Shown: piece after piece, positions 1 to 13,000 of the stretch | Position numbering within the stretch: the first letter of the stretch is position 1 | Layout: each line of letters starts with the position of its first letter | From: Escherichia coli | Lineage (GTDB): Bacteria; Pseudomonadota; Gammaproteobacteria; Enterobacterales; Enterobacteriaceae | Assembly (NCBI RefSeq): GCF_050320075.1 | Contig: NZ_CP190018.1 | Length of the DNA: 64,000 bases | Direction: 5' to 3' (one strand) | Position numbers and translations under genes: made by a program | The notes under the pieces: generated by a model | Seen by the model: the letters and a program-made list of their open reading frames with translations, nothing else | What the model was told of the DNA's origin: nothing | The model's database searches: none

Positions 1-88
1 CGTTTTCTGGCTGGAATTGCTGAAGCAGCGGATCGCGTGCATTTACAGGGAAGTAATGTTTGGATTTACGTTTACCGGGAAATTTCAT
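1..88 (-). CDS. gsk: Inosine-guanosine kinase, N-terminal 29 codons only (gene continues beyond window start)
   Basis: Reverse-complement of 1..88 translates MKFPGKRKSKHYFPVNARDPLLQQFQPEN, matching the Gsk N-terminus; divergent from aes as in K-12. Confidence 0.8.
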   Translation of the reverse strand, partial: MKFPGKRKSKHYFPVNARDPLLQQFQPEN

Positions 89-239
89 GGTTGTTTTTAC
101 GGGTGGTTAACTGAGCGGCGAATGTTAACACAATCTGACGGGAGCGCGCGAGACGCAGCCAGTTTCAATATCAGCAGGCGGGATCGCATTTTCATGGCAG
201 TGGTTCCTTACAATGACGTAATTTGAAAGGAGTTTTTGC

Positions 240-1199
240 ATGAAGCTGGAAAACAAATTACCCGTTCTGGACCTTATTTCTGCTGAAATGAAGACCGTTG
301 TGAATACTCTTCAGCCGGATTTACCGCCCTGGCCCGCAACGGGAACGATTGCTGAGCAACGACAGTATTACACGCTTGAGCGCCGATTCTGGAATGCGGG
401 CGCTCCAGAAATGGCAACCAGAGCTTACATGGTTCCAACAAAATATGGGCAGGTGGAAACACGTCTCTTTTGTCCGCAGCCAGATAGCCCAGCGACGCTA
501 TTTTATTTGCATGGAGGCGGTTTTATTCTCGGCAATCTCGATACCCACGATCGCATCATGCGCCTGCTGGCAAGCTACAGCCAATGTACGGTGATTGGTA
601 TTGATTACACCCTTTCACCTGAAGCGCGTTTTCCGCAAGCGATAGAGGAAATTGTGGCTGCTTGTTGTTATTTCCACCAGCAGGCGGAGGATTATCAAAT
701 CAATATGTCCCGCATTGGCTTTGCCGGTGATTCCGCAGGTGCCATGCTGGCGCTCGCCAGTGCGTTGTGGTTGCGTGATAAACAGATCGATTGCGGTAAA
801 GTTGCGGGCGTTTTGCTGTGGTATGGGCTTTACGGATTACGGGATTCCGTGACTCGTCGTCTGTTGGGCGGTGTCTGGGATGGCTTAACGCAACAGGATT
901 TACAGATGTATGAAGAGGCGTATTTAAGCAACGACGCGGACCGCGAGTCGCCGTATTACTGCCTGTTTAATAATGATCTCACTCGCGAAGTTCCGCCCTG
1001 TTTTATTGCCGGGGCGGAGTTCGATCCGCTGCTGGATGACAGCCGTCTGCTTTACCAGACGTTAGCGGCGCATCAGCAGCCCTGTGAGTTCAAACTCTAC
1101 CCAGGCACGCTGCACGCCTTTTTGCATTATTCACGGATGATGAAAACCGCCGACGAGGCTCTTCGCGACGGCGCTCAGTTCTTTACCGCTCAGCTTTAG
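240..1199 (+). CDS. aes: Acetyl esterase (alpha/beta hydrolase)
   Basis: 319-aa ORF with HGGGF oxyanion motif and GDSAG catalytic serine motif; 3' end overlaps hemH convergently by 4 bp. Confidence 0.95.
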
Positions 1200-2158
1200 C
1201 GATACGCGGCAACAAGATTAGCCATCATCTCGATATGTTCCGGAGTGGCATTAAGCGCCGGAATATATTCATATTTTTTCCCGCCCGCACCGAGGAAGAC
1301 CTCACGGTTTTGCTCGGCAATCTCTTCCAGCGTCTCCAGACAATCCGCAGCAAAGCCCGGGCACATCACCTGAATATGACCTACGCCTTTTTCTCCGAGC
1401 ATTTTCAGCGTTTCGTCGGTATAAGGCATCAGCCAGGGTTCCCGCCCAAAGCGCGACTGAAAGGTCATCATCACTTTTTCCGGTGCCATCCCCAGTGCGG
1501 AAGCCAGTTCGCGAGTCGTTGTGCGGCAACGTTGCGGATAATCATCGCCTTCATCTGCATAACGCTGGGGAATGCCATGATAAGAGAGCAGCAGCAGATC
1601 CGGTTCGCCATGTTTAGCGAAAGAAGCACGTACGCTGTTCGCCAGTGCATTAATGTAATCGTGGTTATCGGCGTAATCACGAATAAACGATATCCCCGGA
1701 ATGCTACGTTTGCGCGCCAGAATGCGTGCCAGTTCATCCCATACCGCACCGACCGTTGAACAGGAGTATTGCGGATAAAGCGGCAGTACCACAATATGAT
1801 CTACATGCTCTGCCAGGAGTTCATCTACGGCGCTTTCCAGTGATGGCGAGCCGTAGCTCATTCCCAGCGCTACGGGCGTCTCCGGTAAACGTTGTGCCAG
1901 CGCCTGCTGTTGCTGGCGGCTGTAAACCATCAGCGGCGAGCCACCCTCCATCCAGACAGAGGCATACAGCTTCGCCACACGCGGCGAGCGCAGTGGCAAA
2001 ATCACGCCGCGCAGCAATGGCCACCATAACAACCGTGAGGTATCAACCACGCGTCTGTCGCTTAAAAATTGTTTCAGATAGCGTTTTACCGCTTCAGGTG
2101 TGGGGGCATCGGGCGTACCCAGGTTTGCTAGCAGGATACCGGTTTTAGTCTGACGCAT
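1196..2158 (-). CDS. hemH: Ferrochelatase
   Basis: 320-aa ORF recognised as HemH; position between aes and adk matches K-12. Confidence 0.95.
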
Positions 2159-2289
2159 TACCGCCTCTTATCGATTCAACTTGTTGATAATTGTAGCGGA
2201 AAAGTGAAGAAGAAGAACTAATTGCTGTGAGAGGTATTGCCTGAGGAGAATGAGCAGACCTGCCCGAAAGCAGATCTGCTGCGGCTTGA

Positions 2290-3006
<717 letters not shown>

Positions 3007-3114
3007 TCAAGAAAGGCACCTGGGGCTGAAACGGTTAATGGCGAGATAATTTGCGGAAAGTGCAGATAATGAAAAGAAAAATGCCGGATGACACGAAGGT
3101 CATCCGGCATGACA

Positions 3115-4989
3115 TCAGGAAACCAGCAGCTGGTTCATACGACGAATAAACAGGTTCGGATCTTCCAGCGTGCCGCGTTCTGCCAGCAGCGCCTGATCCA
3201 GCAGCAGTTCTACCCACTCGCTGAACTTCGCTTCATCTTCAGTATCTGCCGCACGTTTCACCAGTACGTGATCCGGGTTCAGTTCAAAGATGTATTTCAC
3301 TTCTGGCACTTTCTGGCCCGCCGCAGCGAACAGTTTCGCCATCTGGGTGCTCATTTCGTCCGCATCGGTAGAGACAATCGCTGGCGTATCGGTCAGACGG
3401 TGAGTCAGACGGACATCTTTCACACGCTCGCCGAGCAGGGCTTTCACACGGTCGATGAACGGAGTCAGTGCTTTCTCCGCTTCTTTCGCGCTCTCATCAA
3501 CTTCGTCAGCCAGTTTTTCCAGCGACTCGTCAACTTTAGACACCGACTGGAACGGTTTACCGTCGAACTCAGTCAGATAGTTCATCATCCACTCATCGAT
3601 GCGGTCGGAAAGCAGCAGAACTTCGATGCCTTTCTTACGCAGCAGTTCCAGGTGCGGGCTGCTCTTCGCTGCCGCATAGCTGTCTGCGGTAATGTAGTAG
3701 ATTTTCTCCTGCCCTTCTTTCATGCGGGAAACGTAGTCTTCCAGAGACACGGTCTGCGCAGAAGAATCGGTATGGGTAGAAGCAAAACGCAGCAGTTTGG
3801 CGATCGCTTCCTGGTTAGCGAAATCTTCCGCCGGACCTTCTTTCAGTACCAGGCCAAACTGTTGCCAGAAGGTCTGGTATTTTTCCGCGTCGTCTTTCGC
3901 CAGTTTTTCCAGCATTTGCAGCACACGCTTGGTCAGCGCATTGCGCAGGTTACGCGTTACCGTGCTGTCCTGGAGGATTTCACGGGAAACGTTCAGCGGC
4001 AGATCGCTGGAGTCAATCAGACCACGCACGAAGCGCAGATAGTTCGGCATGAACTGTTCTGCGTCGTCCATGATGAACACACGCTGAACATACAGTTTCA
4101 GACCGTGTTTATGATCGCGGTTCCACATATCCCACGGTGCCTGAGACGGAATGTACAGCAGGCTGGTGTACTCCTGCTTACCTTCAACGCGGTTGTGGCT
4201 CCAAGTCAGCGGATCGTTAAAGTCGTGGGCGATGTGTTTGTAGAACTCTTTGTACTCTTCATCGGTGATTTCCGACTTGTTACGAGTCCACAGCGCCTGC
4301 GCTTTGTTGATTTTTTCCCAAGAGATAACGGTTTCGCCGTCTTTCTCTTCGCGTTTTTCGATCTCTACCGGCAGCGCGATATGGTCGGAGTATTTGCTGA
4401 TGATGGAACGCACGCGCCAGTCATCGAGGAACTCGTCTTCGCCTTCACGCAGATGCAGGGTGATTTCAGTACCACGATCTTCTTTGGTGATGTCGGCAAC
4501 GGTGTATTCACCTTCACCAGCCGATTCCCAGAAAACACCGTTTTCTGGTTTTTCGCCTGCCGCGCGAGTACGCACGGTCACTTTGTCGGCCACGATAAAC
4601 GCAGAGTAGAAACCAACACCAAACTGACCGATCAGCTGGCTGTCTTTCGCCTGGTCAGAACCCAGGGATTCGAGGAATGATTTGGTGCCGGATTTAGCGA
4701 TAGTCCCCAGATGGTCAATCACTTCGTCGCGGGTCATCCCTACGCCGTTATCGGAGATGGTCAGCGTACGCTTGTCTTTATCGAAAGAGACACGAACGCG
4801 CAGTTCGCCATCACCTTCGTACAGGTCCGGGTTAGAGAGCGCGCGGAAACGCAGCTTGTCCGCCGCATCGGAGGCGTTAGAGATAAGCTCACGCAGGAAG
4901 ATTTCTTTATTGGAATAGAGAGAATGGATCATCAGGTGCAGAAGCTGTTTCACTTCTGACTGAAAACCACGAGTTTCTTGTCCTTTCAT
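3115..4989 (-). CDS. htpG: Hsp90-family chaperone HtpG
   Basis: 624-aa ORF with GHKL ATPase N-terminus ([25 protein letters not shown]). Confidence 0.97.
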   Translation of the reverse strand: MKGQETRGFQSEVKQLLHLMIHSLYSNKEIFLRELISNASDAADKLRFRALSNPDLYEGDGELRVRVSFDKDKRTLTISDNGVGMTRDEVIDHLGTIAKSGTKSFLESLGSDQAKDSQLIGQFGVGFYSAFIVADKVTVRTRAAGEKPENGVFWESAGEGEYTVADITKEDRGTEITLHLREGEDEFLDDWRVRSIISKYSDHIALPVEIEKREEKDGETVISWEKINKAQALWTRNKSEITDEEYKEFYKHIAHDFNDPLTWSHNRVEGKQEYTSLLYIPSQAPWDMWNRDHKHGLKLYVQRVFIMDDAEQFMPNYLRFVRGLIDSSDLPLNVSREILQDSTVTRNLRNALTKRVLQMLEKLAKDDAEKYQTFWQQFGLVLKEGPAEDFANQEAIAKLLRFASTHTDSSAQTVSLEDYVSRMKEGQEKIYYITADSYAAAKSSPHLELLRKKGIEVLLLSDRIDEWMMNYLTEFDGKPFQSVSKVDESLEKLADEVDESAKEAEKALTPFIDRVKALLGERVKDVRLTHRLTDTPAIVSTDADEMSTQMAKLFAAAGQKVPEVKYIFELNPDHVLVKRAADTEDEAKFSEWVELLLDQALLAERGTLEDPNLFIRRMNQLLVS

Positions 4990-5040
4990 GTAGGTCTACC
5001 TCAATAATGCCATTTTAAGGTTAAAAACAGGATGTGGGAG

Positions 5041-5069
5041 AGATGGGGACAAGGGAGAATAATTTCAAG
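5041..5069 (-). promoter_or_regulatory. Candidate sigma-32 heat-shock promoter of htpG
   Basis: Minus strand reads CTTGAAA, 14 nt, CCCCATCT just upstream of htpG; matches the sigma-32 consensus. Confidence 0.6.
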
Positions 5070-5098
5070 CGAGAGCAGGTGATCCTGCTCTCGTTTGC

Positions 5099-5703
5099 TT
5101 AAAAACGAATCTTATGACGCCCGGCAAGGGAGTGTGACAGCGTGGTGCCATCGACCATTTCCAGTTCGCCGCCAACCGGTACGCCATGAGCGATTCGGCT
5201 GGCTTCCACGTCATATTGCGCGCAAAGCTCGGCAATGTAGTTAGCGGTAGCTTCACCTTCAACAGTGGGGTTGGTGGCGAGGATCACTTCAGTGATTTTT
5301 TCCTCTGCCAGACGCTGTTCCAGACGATCAAGGCCGATATCATCCGGACCGATGCCGTCCAGCGGTGACAGGTGCCCCATCAACACAAAATAACGGCCTG
5401 AAAACTGCCCCGTCTGCTCAATGGCGTAGATGTCCGCCGGACTCTCCACCACGCAGATTTGACCGTTTTCCTGACGACGCGGATTCGAACAGATGTTACA
5501 GACTTCCTGTTCGGTGAAGGTGCGGCAATCGGCGCAGTGGCCGATTTCCGACATCGCCCGGGTGAGCGCCTGCGCCAGACGCATCCCGCCGCTACGATCG
5601 CGCTGAAGCAGCGTGAACGCCATACGCTGCGCCGACTTCGGGCCAACGCCCGGCAGACAGCGCAGTGCTTCCATAAGCTGTGTTAACAGCGGGCTGGTTT
5701 GCA

Positions 5704-5704
<1 letters not shown>
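5099..5704 (-). CDS. recR: Recombination protein RecR
   Basis: 201-aa ORF with N-terminal HhH and C4 zinc finger ([16 protein letters not shown]) and Toprim region. Confidence 0.95.
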
Positions 5705-6048
<344 letters not shown>

Positions 6049-6085
6049 TCACGTTAAGGATGACGAACGTAAGCTGTGCTTACGA

Positions 6086-8017
6086 TCAAATGGGGCGGAT
6101 ACTTTCTTCATCCAGCTCCGCATCGAAGAACCGACGCAGGGTCTGAATATTATTATCCGCAATAATGGACTCGCGCGCCTGCGCAAGTTTTTCTTCGTAT
6201 ATCGCCTGACGCCATTCCAGCGGCGTACGCACCGCGGGATTATCATCTTCAACGATAGTCAGTTCAACCGTTGAACCTTTTAACATGCTCAACGCTTCAG
6301 CCAGTTTTTGCTGTGCGCCGCGGTTGTTCAAATGCCGCTGAGAGGAGCGCAAATGCAGACATACTGCGTTGTCGCTCTCCTCTTTCCAGGCATTTAACGC
6401 CACCTGTTCGACCAGTTTTGGTAGCGAAAGTTGACTCACCTGAGCCGCCCACGGGTCGCGCTCAATGGCTTCTGCCGCCAGCTTCGCCGCCAGTTCCGGC
6501 GTTTTTTCATGTTCCAGCGCTTTTTTCAGCGCCTTCGGCGTAGCGACCACTTCTTTTTGCTGCATCACTGGAGTGGTGGCCTTCCAGCGATACGCTTCTT
6601 TTTTGGCTGGCGCTTTTTCCAGCGCCGATGGCACCGGACGCGCCTGAACGCGATCGGTGACCGAAGCCAGTCTTTCCAGCGCAGCGTTATTCACCGGCCG
6701 CGCGCGGGTAGCGGCTGCCGGTTCACTCTTTTTTGCTTTGGTTGCTCCCTGCACGCGCTGCAACTGCTGGCGCGCCGCCAGCACCTGGCTGGTGGTTTCC
6801 GGGAGCGGTACAGTCGGTGCCTGCTGCGGCGCTGATTGCGGTTGCGGCGGCACCTGGGTTGGCGTCATTACTGCCGTTGGCGCGACGGGCGCAAAGGACT
6901 GGCGTGGCACTTCTGGCTCAGGCAGCGGCATACGCGGATGGAACGCCAGCGCGCGCAACAGCGTCATCTCAACGCCCATACGGCGGTCTGGCGCATACGG
7001 TAATTCTTTGCGACCAATCAACAGCGTCTGATAGTAAAGCTGAATATCCGTCGGCGGTATGGTGCGCGCCAGTTCACGCATCCGCAGCTCGATAGCGGCC
7101 ATGTCGTTGCCAAGTGCAGCAGGCGAAAGTTGTACCATCGCAATACGATGCAACAGGCCGAGCATTTCCACCAGCAACGCTTCCCACTCGATACCACGGG
7201 CAGCGGCTTCATTAATCAGTGCCATTACGCGCTCGCCGTTGGCCTCGATCATCGCTTCAACCAGCGACAGCGCCTGATCGTCGTCAAGCGTACCCAGCAT
7301 CGCACTGACCGCCTGAGTTGAAACCTGGCCGTCACCGCTGGCAATCGCCTGGTCGGTCAGACTTAAGGCATCTCGCAGGCTGCCTTCAGCGGCGCGTGCC
7401 AGCAATTGCAGCGCCCGCGGCTCGTGAGCGATATGTTCTTCGTTGAGGATGTGCTCAAGCTGATGGCGAATTTGCTCGACATCCAGCGCCTTGAGATGAA
7501 ATTGCAGACAACGTGACAAAATCGTCACCGGCAATTTCTGCGGATCGGTCGTCGCCAGCAGAAACTTAACGTGCTCTGGCGGCTCTTCAAGGGTTTTTAA
7601 CAGTGCGTTAAAGCTGTGGCGCGACAGCATATGCACTTCGTCGATCAGATAAACTTTGAAACGACCACGCGCCGGAGCGTACTGGACGTTATCCAGCAGG
7701 TCGCGAGTGTCTTCAACTTTAGTGCGCGAGGCGGCATCGATTTCAATCAGATCGACAAAGCGCCCCTGCTCGATTTCACGACAGTTATCGCACACGCCGC
7801 ACGGCGTCGCGGTAATGCCGGTTTCGCAGTTTAGCCCCTTCGCCAGCAGTCGGGCGATAGAGGTTTTTCCGACGCCACGGGTGCCGGAAAAAAGATAAGC
7901 ATGATGAATACGCCCTAACGACAAGCCGTTCGCCAGTGCGGTCAGCACATGTTCCTGGCCGACGACGTCAGCAAAGGTTTGTGGGCGCCATTTTCGGGCT
8001 AAGACCTGATAACTCAT
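6086..8017 (-). CDS. dnaX: DNA polymerase III tau subunit (gamma produced by -1 frameshift)
   Basis: 643-aa ORF with Walker A GTRGVGKTS; internal slippery heptamer present. Confidence 0.97.
   Translation of the reverse strand: MSYQVLARKWRPQTFADVVGQEHVLTALANGLSLGRIHHAYLFSGTRGVGKTSIARLLAKGLNCETGITATPCGVCDNCREIEQGRFVDLIEIDAASRTKVEDTRDLLDNVQYAPARGRFKVYLIDEVHMLSRHSFNALLKTLEEPPEHVKFLLATTDPQKLPVTILSRCLQFHLKALDVEQIRHQLEHILNEEHIAHEPRALQLLARAAEGSLRDALSLTDQAIASGDGQVSTQAVSAMLGTLDDDQALSLVEAMIEANGERVMALINEAAARGIEWEALLVEMLGLLHRIAMVQLSPAALGNDMAAIELRMRELARTIPPTDIQLYYQTLLIGRKELPYAPDRRMGVEMTLLRALAFHPRMPLPEPEVPRQSFAPVAPTAVMTPTQVPPQPQSAPQQAPTVPLPETTSQVLAARQQLQRVQGATKAKKSEPAAATRARPVNNAALERLASVTDRVQARPVPSALEKAPAKKEAYRWKATTPVMQQKEVVATPKALKKALEHEKTPELAAKLAAEAIERDPWAAQVSQLSLPKLVEQVALNAWKEESDNAVCLHLRSSQRHLNNRGAQQKLAEALSMLKGSTVELTIVEDDNPAVRTPLEWRQAIYEEKLAQARESIIADNNIQTLRRFFDAELDEESIRPI
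6723..6734 (-). other. dnaX: dnaX programmed -1 ribosomal frameshift site (A AAA AAG plus -1 frame UGA stop)
   Basis: Plus strand ctttttt at 6728..6734 is the reverse complement of AAAAAAG at about codon 430; -1 frame gives GAG UGA (stop at 6723..6725); GC-rich stem follows. Confidence 0.85.
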
Positions 8018-8145
8018 TGGCAGGCTCTGAAACGCTGGAAGGTGGATTCACGAAGGGGTAATGCTAACACAGCCCCGTCAGAACGGCGAGGCTGAATGCA
8101 CATCTTGTGCTGTCCGTAGCGTGGGCAGCACAAGACTGGCGATAA

Positions 8146-8697
8146 TTAATGGCCCGGGAACGGAACAAGGCTGTAGCTGGTAATGCCCTGTTTTTCGAGA
8201 CGCTGTTCGCCGCCGAGATCGAACAGATTGATAATGAACGCAGCATCAGCCACTTCACCACCCAGACGACGGATCAGTTTAACGGTCGCTTCGATAGTGC
8301 CGCCGGTTGCCAGCAGATCGTCCACCACCAGAACTTTGTCGCCCGGTTTGATGGCATCAACGTGGATTTCCAGCTGATCGGTGCCGTATTCCAGATCGTA
8401 AGTTTCACTGATGGTTTCACGCGGCAGTTTGCCCGGTTTACGGACCGGTACAAAGCCAACGCCCAGACCCAGAGCTACCGGAGCGCCAAACAAGAAGCCA
8501 CGCGCTTCGGTGCCGACAACTTTGGTAATGCCCGCATTTTTGTAACGCTCAACCAGCAAGTCGATGCTGAGAGCGTAAGCTTTCGGGTCTTCCAGTAAGC
8601 TGGTGACATCACGGAAAAGAATGCCGGGTTTTGGGTAGTCCTGAATGCTTTTGATGCTATTTTTGAGATACTCAAGCTGCTGTGCAGTCGCGGTCAT
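8146..8697 (-). CDS. apt: Adenine phosphoribosyltransferase
   Basis: ORF track 201 aa; true protein 183 aa from [16 protein letters not shown]; PRPP-binding motif [13 protein letters not shown]. Confidence 0.95.
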
Positions 8698-8849
8698 AAG
8701 TGTATGCCTGCTTGTTACGGTGGTACTCACGGCGCGTTTTAAACGTATCAAAAGTAACAGTTGTTTAACCTTTGACCGCCTGCGCCTGTGCTCGAAAACG
8801 CCAGAATGTACTGGCTGTACGCAATAATTGCAACTGCGATTGTTGTGCT

Positions 8850-9227
8850 TCAGTGCTTTTCTTGCTTTTCATCAATCACCGGAATTCGCCACATATAAAA
8901 AAGCAAACAGGCGAGAATTACCAGCAACATGATGCGCACCCATGGCATCTGGACGAACCACAGAGAAATTGCAAACGTGAGCAAAATAAGCAAAATCGCC
9001 CGCGGTTTGACGCCGCGCGGCATCGCATGATGTTTCTGCCAGAAACGTAGATAGCTGCCAAACCATGAGCGGTACAGCAACCAGGCGTGAAAGCGCGGGG
9101 AAGAACGGGCAAAGCACCAGGCCGCCAGCAGGATAAACGGCGTCGTCGGTAATACCGGTAATACCACGCCCAGCGTACCCAGCACTACCGCCAGCCAGCC
9201 AATGATGATTAAAATGATTCGTTGCAT
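8850..9227 (-). CDS. ybaN: Inner membrane protein YbaN (DUF454)
   Basis: 125-aa hydrophobic ORF; position conserved between apt and priC. Confidence 0.9.
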
Positions 9228-9296
9228 ATTGAGTGTTGTCAGCTTACAGAGTGGCTACTTTAGCATAACAATTATCATTTTCATTGAGGTCTTATC

Positions 9297-9824
9297 ATGA
9301 AAACCGCCCTGCTGCTGGAAAAACTGGAAGGACAGCTCGCCACGCTGCGCCAGCGTTGTGCCCCGGTAGCGCAATTTGCCACGCTAAGTGCCCGCTTTGA
9401 CAGGCACCTTTTTCAGACCCGTGCGACAACACTGCAGGCTTGTCTCGATGAGGCGGGCGATAACATGGCTGCGCTTCGTCATGCGGTTGAGCAGCAACAG
9501 CTGCCGCAAGTGGCCTGGCTGGCAGAACATCTGGCGGCGCAACTGGAGGCTATAGCGCGTGAAGCCACAGCCTGGTCGCTACGCGAGTGGGACAGTGCGC
9601 CACCGAAAATTGCCCGCTGGCAGCGTAAACGTATTCAGCATCAGGATTTTGAGCGGCGGCTACGTGAGATGGTAGCCGAACGTCGAGCCCGCCTGGCGCG
9701 GGTGACCGATCTCGTGGAACAGCAAACGCTGCATCGTGAAGTGGAAGCCTATGAAGCGCGCCTGGCACGCTGCCGCCATGCGCTGGAAAAAATCGAAAAC
9801 AGGCTAGCGCGCTTAACCCGCTAG
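9297..9824 (+). CDS. priC: Primosomal replication protein N'' (PriC)
   Basis: 175-aa ORF recognised as PriC; divergent from ybaN. Confidence 0.93.
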   Translation: MKTALLLEKLEGQLATLRQRCAPVAQFATLSARFDRHLFQTRATTLQACLDEAGDNMAALRHAVEQQQLPQVAWLAEHLAAQLEAIAREATAWSLREWDSAPPKIARWQRKRIQHQDFERRLREMVAERRARLARVTDLVEQQTLHREVEAYEARLARCRHALEKIENRLARLTR

Positions 9825-9837
9825 CAATGGAGAGAGT

Positions 9838-9999
9838 ATGTCACTGGAAAATGCCCCTGACGATGTCAAACTGGCTGTCGATTTGATTGTGCTGCTGGAA
9901 GAAAATCAGATCCCAGCCCGCACCGTGCTGCGCGCGCTGGATATTGTGAAGCGTGATTATGAAAAGAAGTTACAGAGCGATGAGGCTTCGCAAAGCGAG
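9838..9999 (+). CDS. ybaM: Small protein YbaM (DUF2496)
   Basis: 53-aa [34 protein letters not shown]..., 13 nt after priC stop; below the 60-aa ORF-track cutoff. Confidence 0.8.
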
Positions 10000-10000
10000 T

Positions 10001-10040
10001 AAAAAATAAAGGGCGGCATCACTGTCGCCCTTTATTGTCC
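10001..10040. terminator. Shared hairpin between convergent ybaM and mscK (bidirectional terminator candidate)
   Basis: AAAGGGCG...CGCCCTTT stem flanked by A-run and T-run in the 41-bp convergent spacer. Confidence 0.5.
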
Positions 10041-13000
10041 TTACCCTACCGCTGGTGTCGGATCGTCGCCTTTGTAGTCGCGTTTGACTTCCGTCACCTC
10101 ATCGCCCTTCTCGTTGTGCAGATGCACTTCAAGCTGGTTAAAGGCAATGTTGATATCGTTTTCACGGCACAGCTGATCGATAGTACGGTTCAGCTCATCG
10201 ACAGTACGGCTACGGTCACGCAGTTCACGCACATACAGACGCAGCTCATGATCCAACGTGCTGGCACCAAACGCCGTAAAGAAGACTTCCGGCATTGGTT
10301 CGTGCATCACCCTTGGGTGCTCAGTCGCCGCCTTCAGTAACACTTTACGCACTTTTTCCAGATCGGAGCCATAGGCCACGCCGAGACGGATCACCAGACG
10401 CGTAGTAGTGTCAGTCAACGACCAGTTGATCAGACGCTCGGTAACAAACGCTTTGTTCGGGATGATCACTTCTTTGCGATCGAAATCGGTAATCGTTGTC
10501 GCACGAATACGGATCTTACTTACCGTCCCCGAGAAGCTACCAATGGTTACCGTATCGCCAATGCGCACCGGACGTTCGAACAGAATGATCAAACCGGAGA
10601 CGAAGTTACCGAAGATCTCTTGTAAACCAAAACCAAGACCTACGGATAATGCTGCCGCCAGCCACTGGAGTTTATCCCACGAGACGCCCAGCGATCCGAA
10701 CACCGTCATCGCACCAACGGCAATAATGATGTAGTTAAGGATGGTAGTAATGGCATACGACGCGCCCTGCCGCATGTTCAGGCGCGAGAGCACCAACACT
10801 TCCAACAGACCAGGCAGGTTGCGAATCAACGCCCAGGCTACCATTGAGGCGATAATCGCAAACAACAGACTGCCCATGGTGACGTTTTTCACCACCGCAG
10901 CGCCAGCTTCAGTGCCGTTGTAATGCCAGAGCGTGATGCTGTCCAGATAGCTGAACACGGTGATCAAATCGGACCAAATTGCCCAGAACATGACACCGAA
11001 CAGCGCAAACATCAGCAACATGGTAATACGCAGCGTCTGCTGGTTAACCTGCTCCAGTGCAATGGTGGGTTCTTCCGGCGGTTCAGCACCTTCCGCGCCC
11101 TCTTTCACCAGATTCTGCCGACGCGCCAGCGCACGACGCCAGGCGATACGCCGCGCCGCTACGCTTAAGCCGCGCAATACCGTCTGGTACAGCAGGTTCC
11201 AGATGATCACCAAATAAACGGTTTCAATCCAACGCCCGGAGAGGCGCAGCGTGGTGTAGAAATAACCCGTGGCGGTCAGCACCATCAACGCAATCGGGAT
11301 AATCGACAGCACGGTAATGGTGACCAGTCGCATGGTGTGCGACTCTTTATCACGCCAGCTTTCGCGGCACATCGGCCATACCAGGAAGGCAATCAGCAGC
11401 AGGTTGAAGAAAATCATCGCCTGCCCCAGCACATCATCCATCAGATGCAGCGGGGAAAGTTCTGCCACCACAGACCAGAAATGGATAGGCAGCAATGCGA
11501 GACTGATGCGGACAATTTGCCGACGCCAGTGGCTGGTCTGCTGTTCCGGCATACCAAAGTGACGCACGGCAACGCCGTTTTTCTCCAGTACCTTCCAGCA
11601 CAGGCCAAACACCAGCCAGAAAATCGCCAGTTTTTTACTGAACGACCATAGCAGTTCGCTGATGTTGAGTTGCATGGTCAACAGAATCAGGCCAACCGCG
11701 AGAATAATCAGGCACACCGGCAGCGCACGGATCAGGTCGATAAGGATCGCTTTTGGTGTGTTGAGCTGGCTGTCGTTACGCAGGGAACCCACAGCGGAAG
11801 CCAGTTTCTGTTGATACGCTTTCAGCCAGCCCAGACGCCAGTGGATCAGCCCGGCAATCAACAGCAGCGGCAAACCGGCGAGGAAAGCGATAAAAACGGC
11901 AGGCCATGCTTTTTCCCAGTTCACTGTGATTTTCATCGACTTAAATTCATCTTTCAGGCTTTGCGGGAACGCTTTGATCCAGTCCCAGTCCATTGGACGG
12001 TTACTGTTCACCCAAAAGATTTGCTGAGTCAGGATGGATTTCAGGTTTTTCGACACACTCATTAACTGCTGCTGGTTGATTTGCAGGTTAATGGCCATCA
12101 TCAGCTGGTTACCCAACTGTTTGTTAAGCTGATCCAGCAATTCGCGACGCATATCAACTACTTGCAATAACGCATCGTGAACTTCGCTGTTGACTTCGTT
12201 GGTGTGACCTTCTTCCAGTTTGTTGACGAACGCATCGCTCTGGAAGAGTGCATCACGCTGCTGGTTAACTTCAAACTGTTCGAGACGCAAATCCGCGATG
12301 CGGTTGGTCATGTTTTCCAGCTCATCCGCCGAGGGCAGCGTTTGTTGTTGCTGGTAAAGGATACGAGACAACAGCAGGCTGCCCTTCAGGACGGCAATCT
12401 GCTCTTTAATATTGCGTTCCGATTGCAGCGCCCGCTCCAGCCAGTTTTTGACTTTAATGTTTTGCTGCATCAACTGATTACCGTTTTCAGTCGCGGTAAT
12501 CAGACGCTGACTTAACTGCTGGTTAATTTCCAGTTCCTGCTTCACCAGCGGATTAGCCTGAATACGCGCGGCTTCATCCGGGGAGACGGCTTCCTGCGCC
12601 GTTTTTTCGGTTAAAGTCAGGCGCTTGCTGTTTACTGCTTCTTGCAACAGCTGCAACTGGTGCTCCAGACGGGCGCTGTTCGCCGTCACGTAATCCCGTT
12701 GCTTTTGCAAGGTATCCTGTAAGACTGTGTTCCCTTCCAGGCTTTTACGCTGCTGGTCAATCTCGGCATTCAGCAAAGCCTGCTGAGCCTGCATTAACAC
12801 TTTCTGGCTGGGACGTAAGGCAGTCTCGCCGACATCAGTCCCATCCAGACGACTGCGAATTTGTTGCAGCTGCTGCGAAGCGTTATACATCGCATTTTGC
12901 ACGCGTTCGGGCTGCGTCTGTAACGAAACCAACTGGCTGTTATAAGACGCCAGATCGTTTTGTGCGTTCTGCAAATCGTCCAGCGCCTGGGCAACGCGAG

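Noticed and set aside
17-226. 69-aa plus-strand ORF in the gsk-aes divergent region
   Set aside because: It overlaps the gsk 5' coding end antisense and the divergent promoters; no coding signal.
3088-4680. 530-aa ORF on the plus strand antisense to htpG
   Set aside because: It lies entirely inside htpG on the opposite strand, its translation is low-complexity (F/R/Q-rich), and it has no ribosome-binding site; a shadow ORF of a codon-biased gene.
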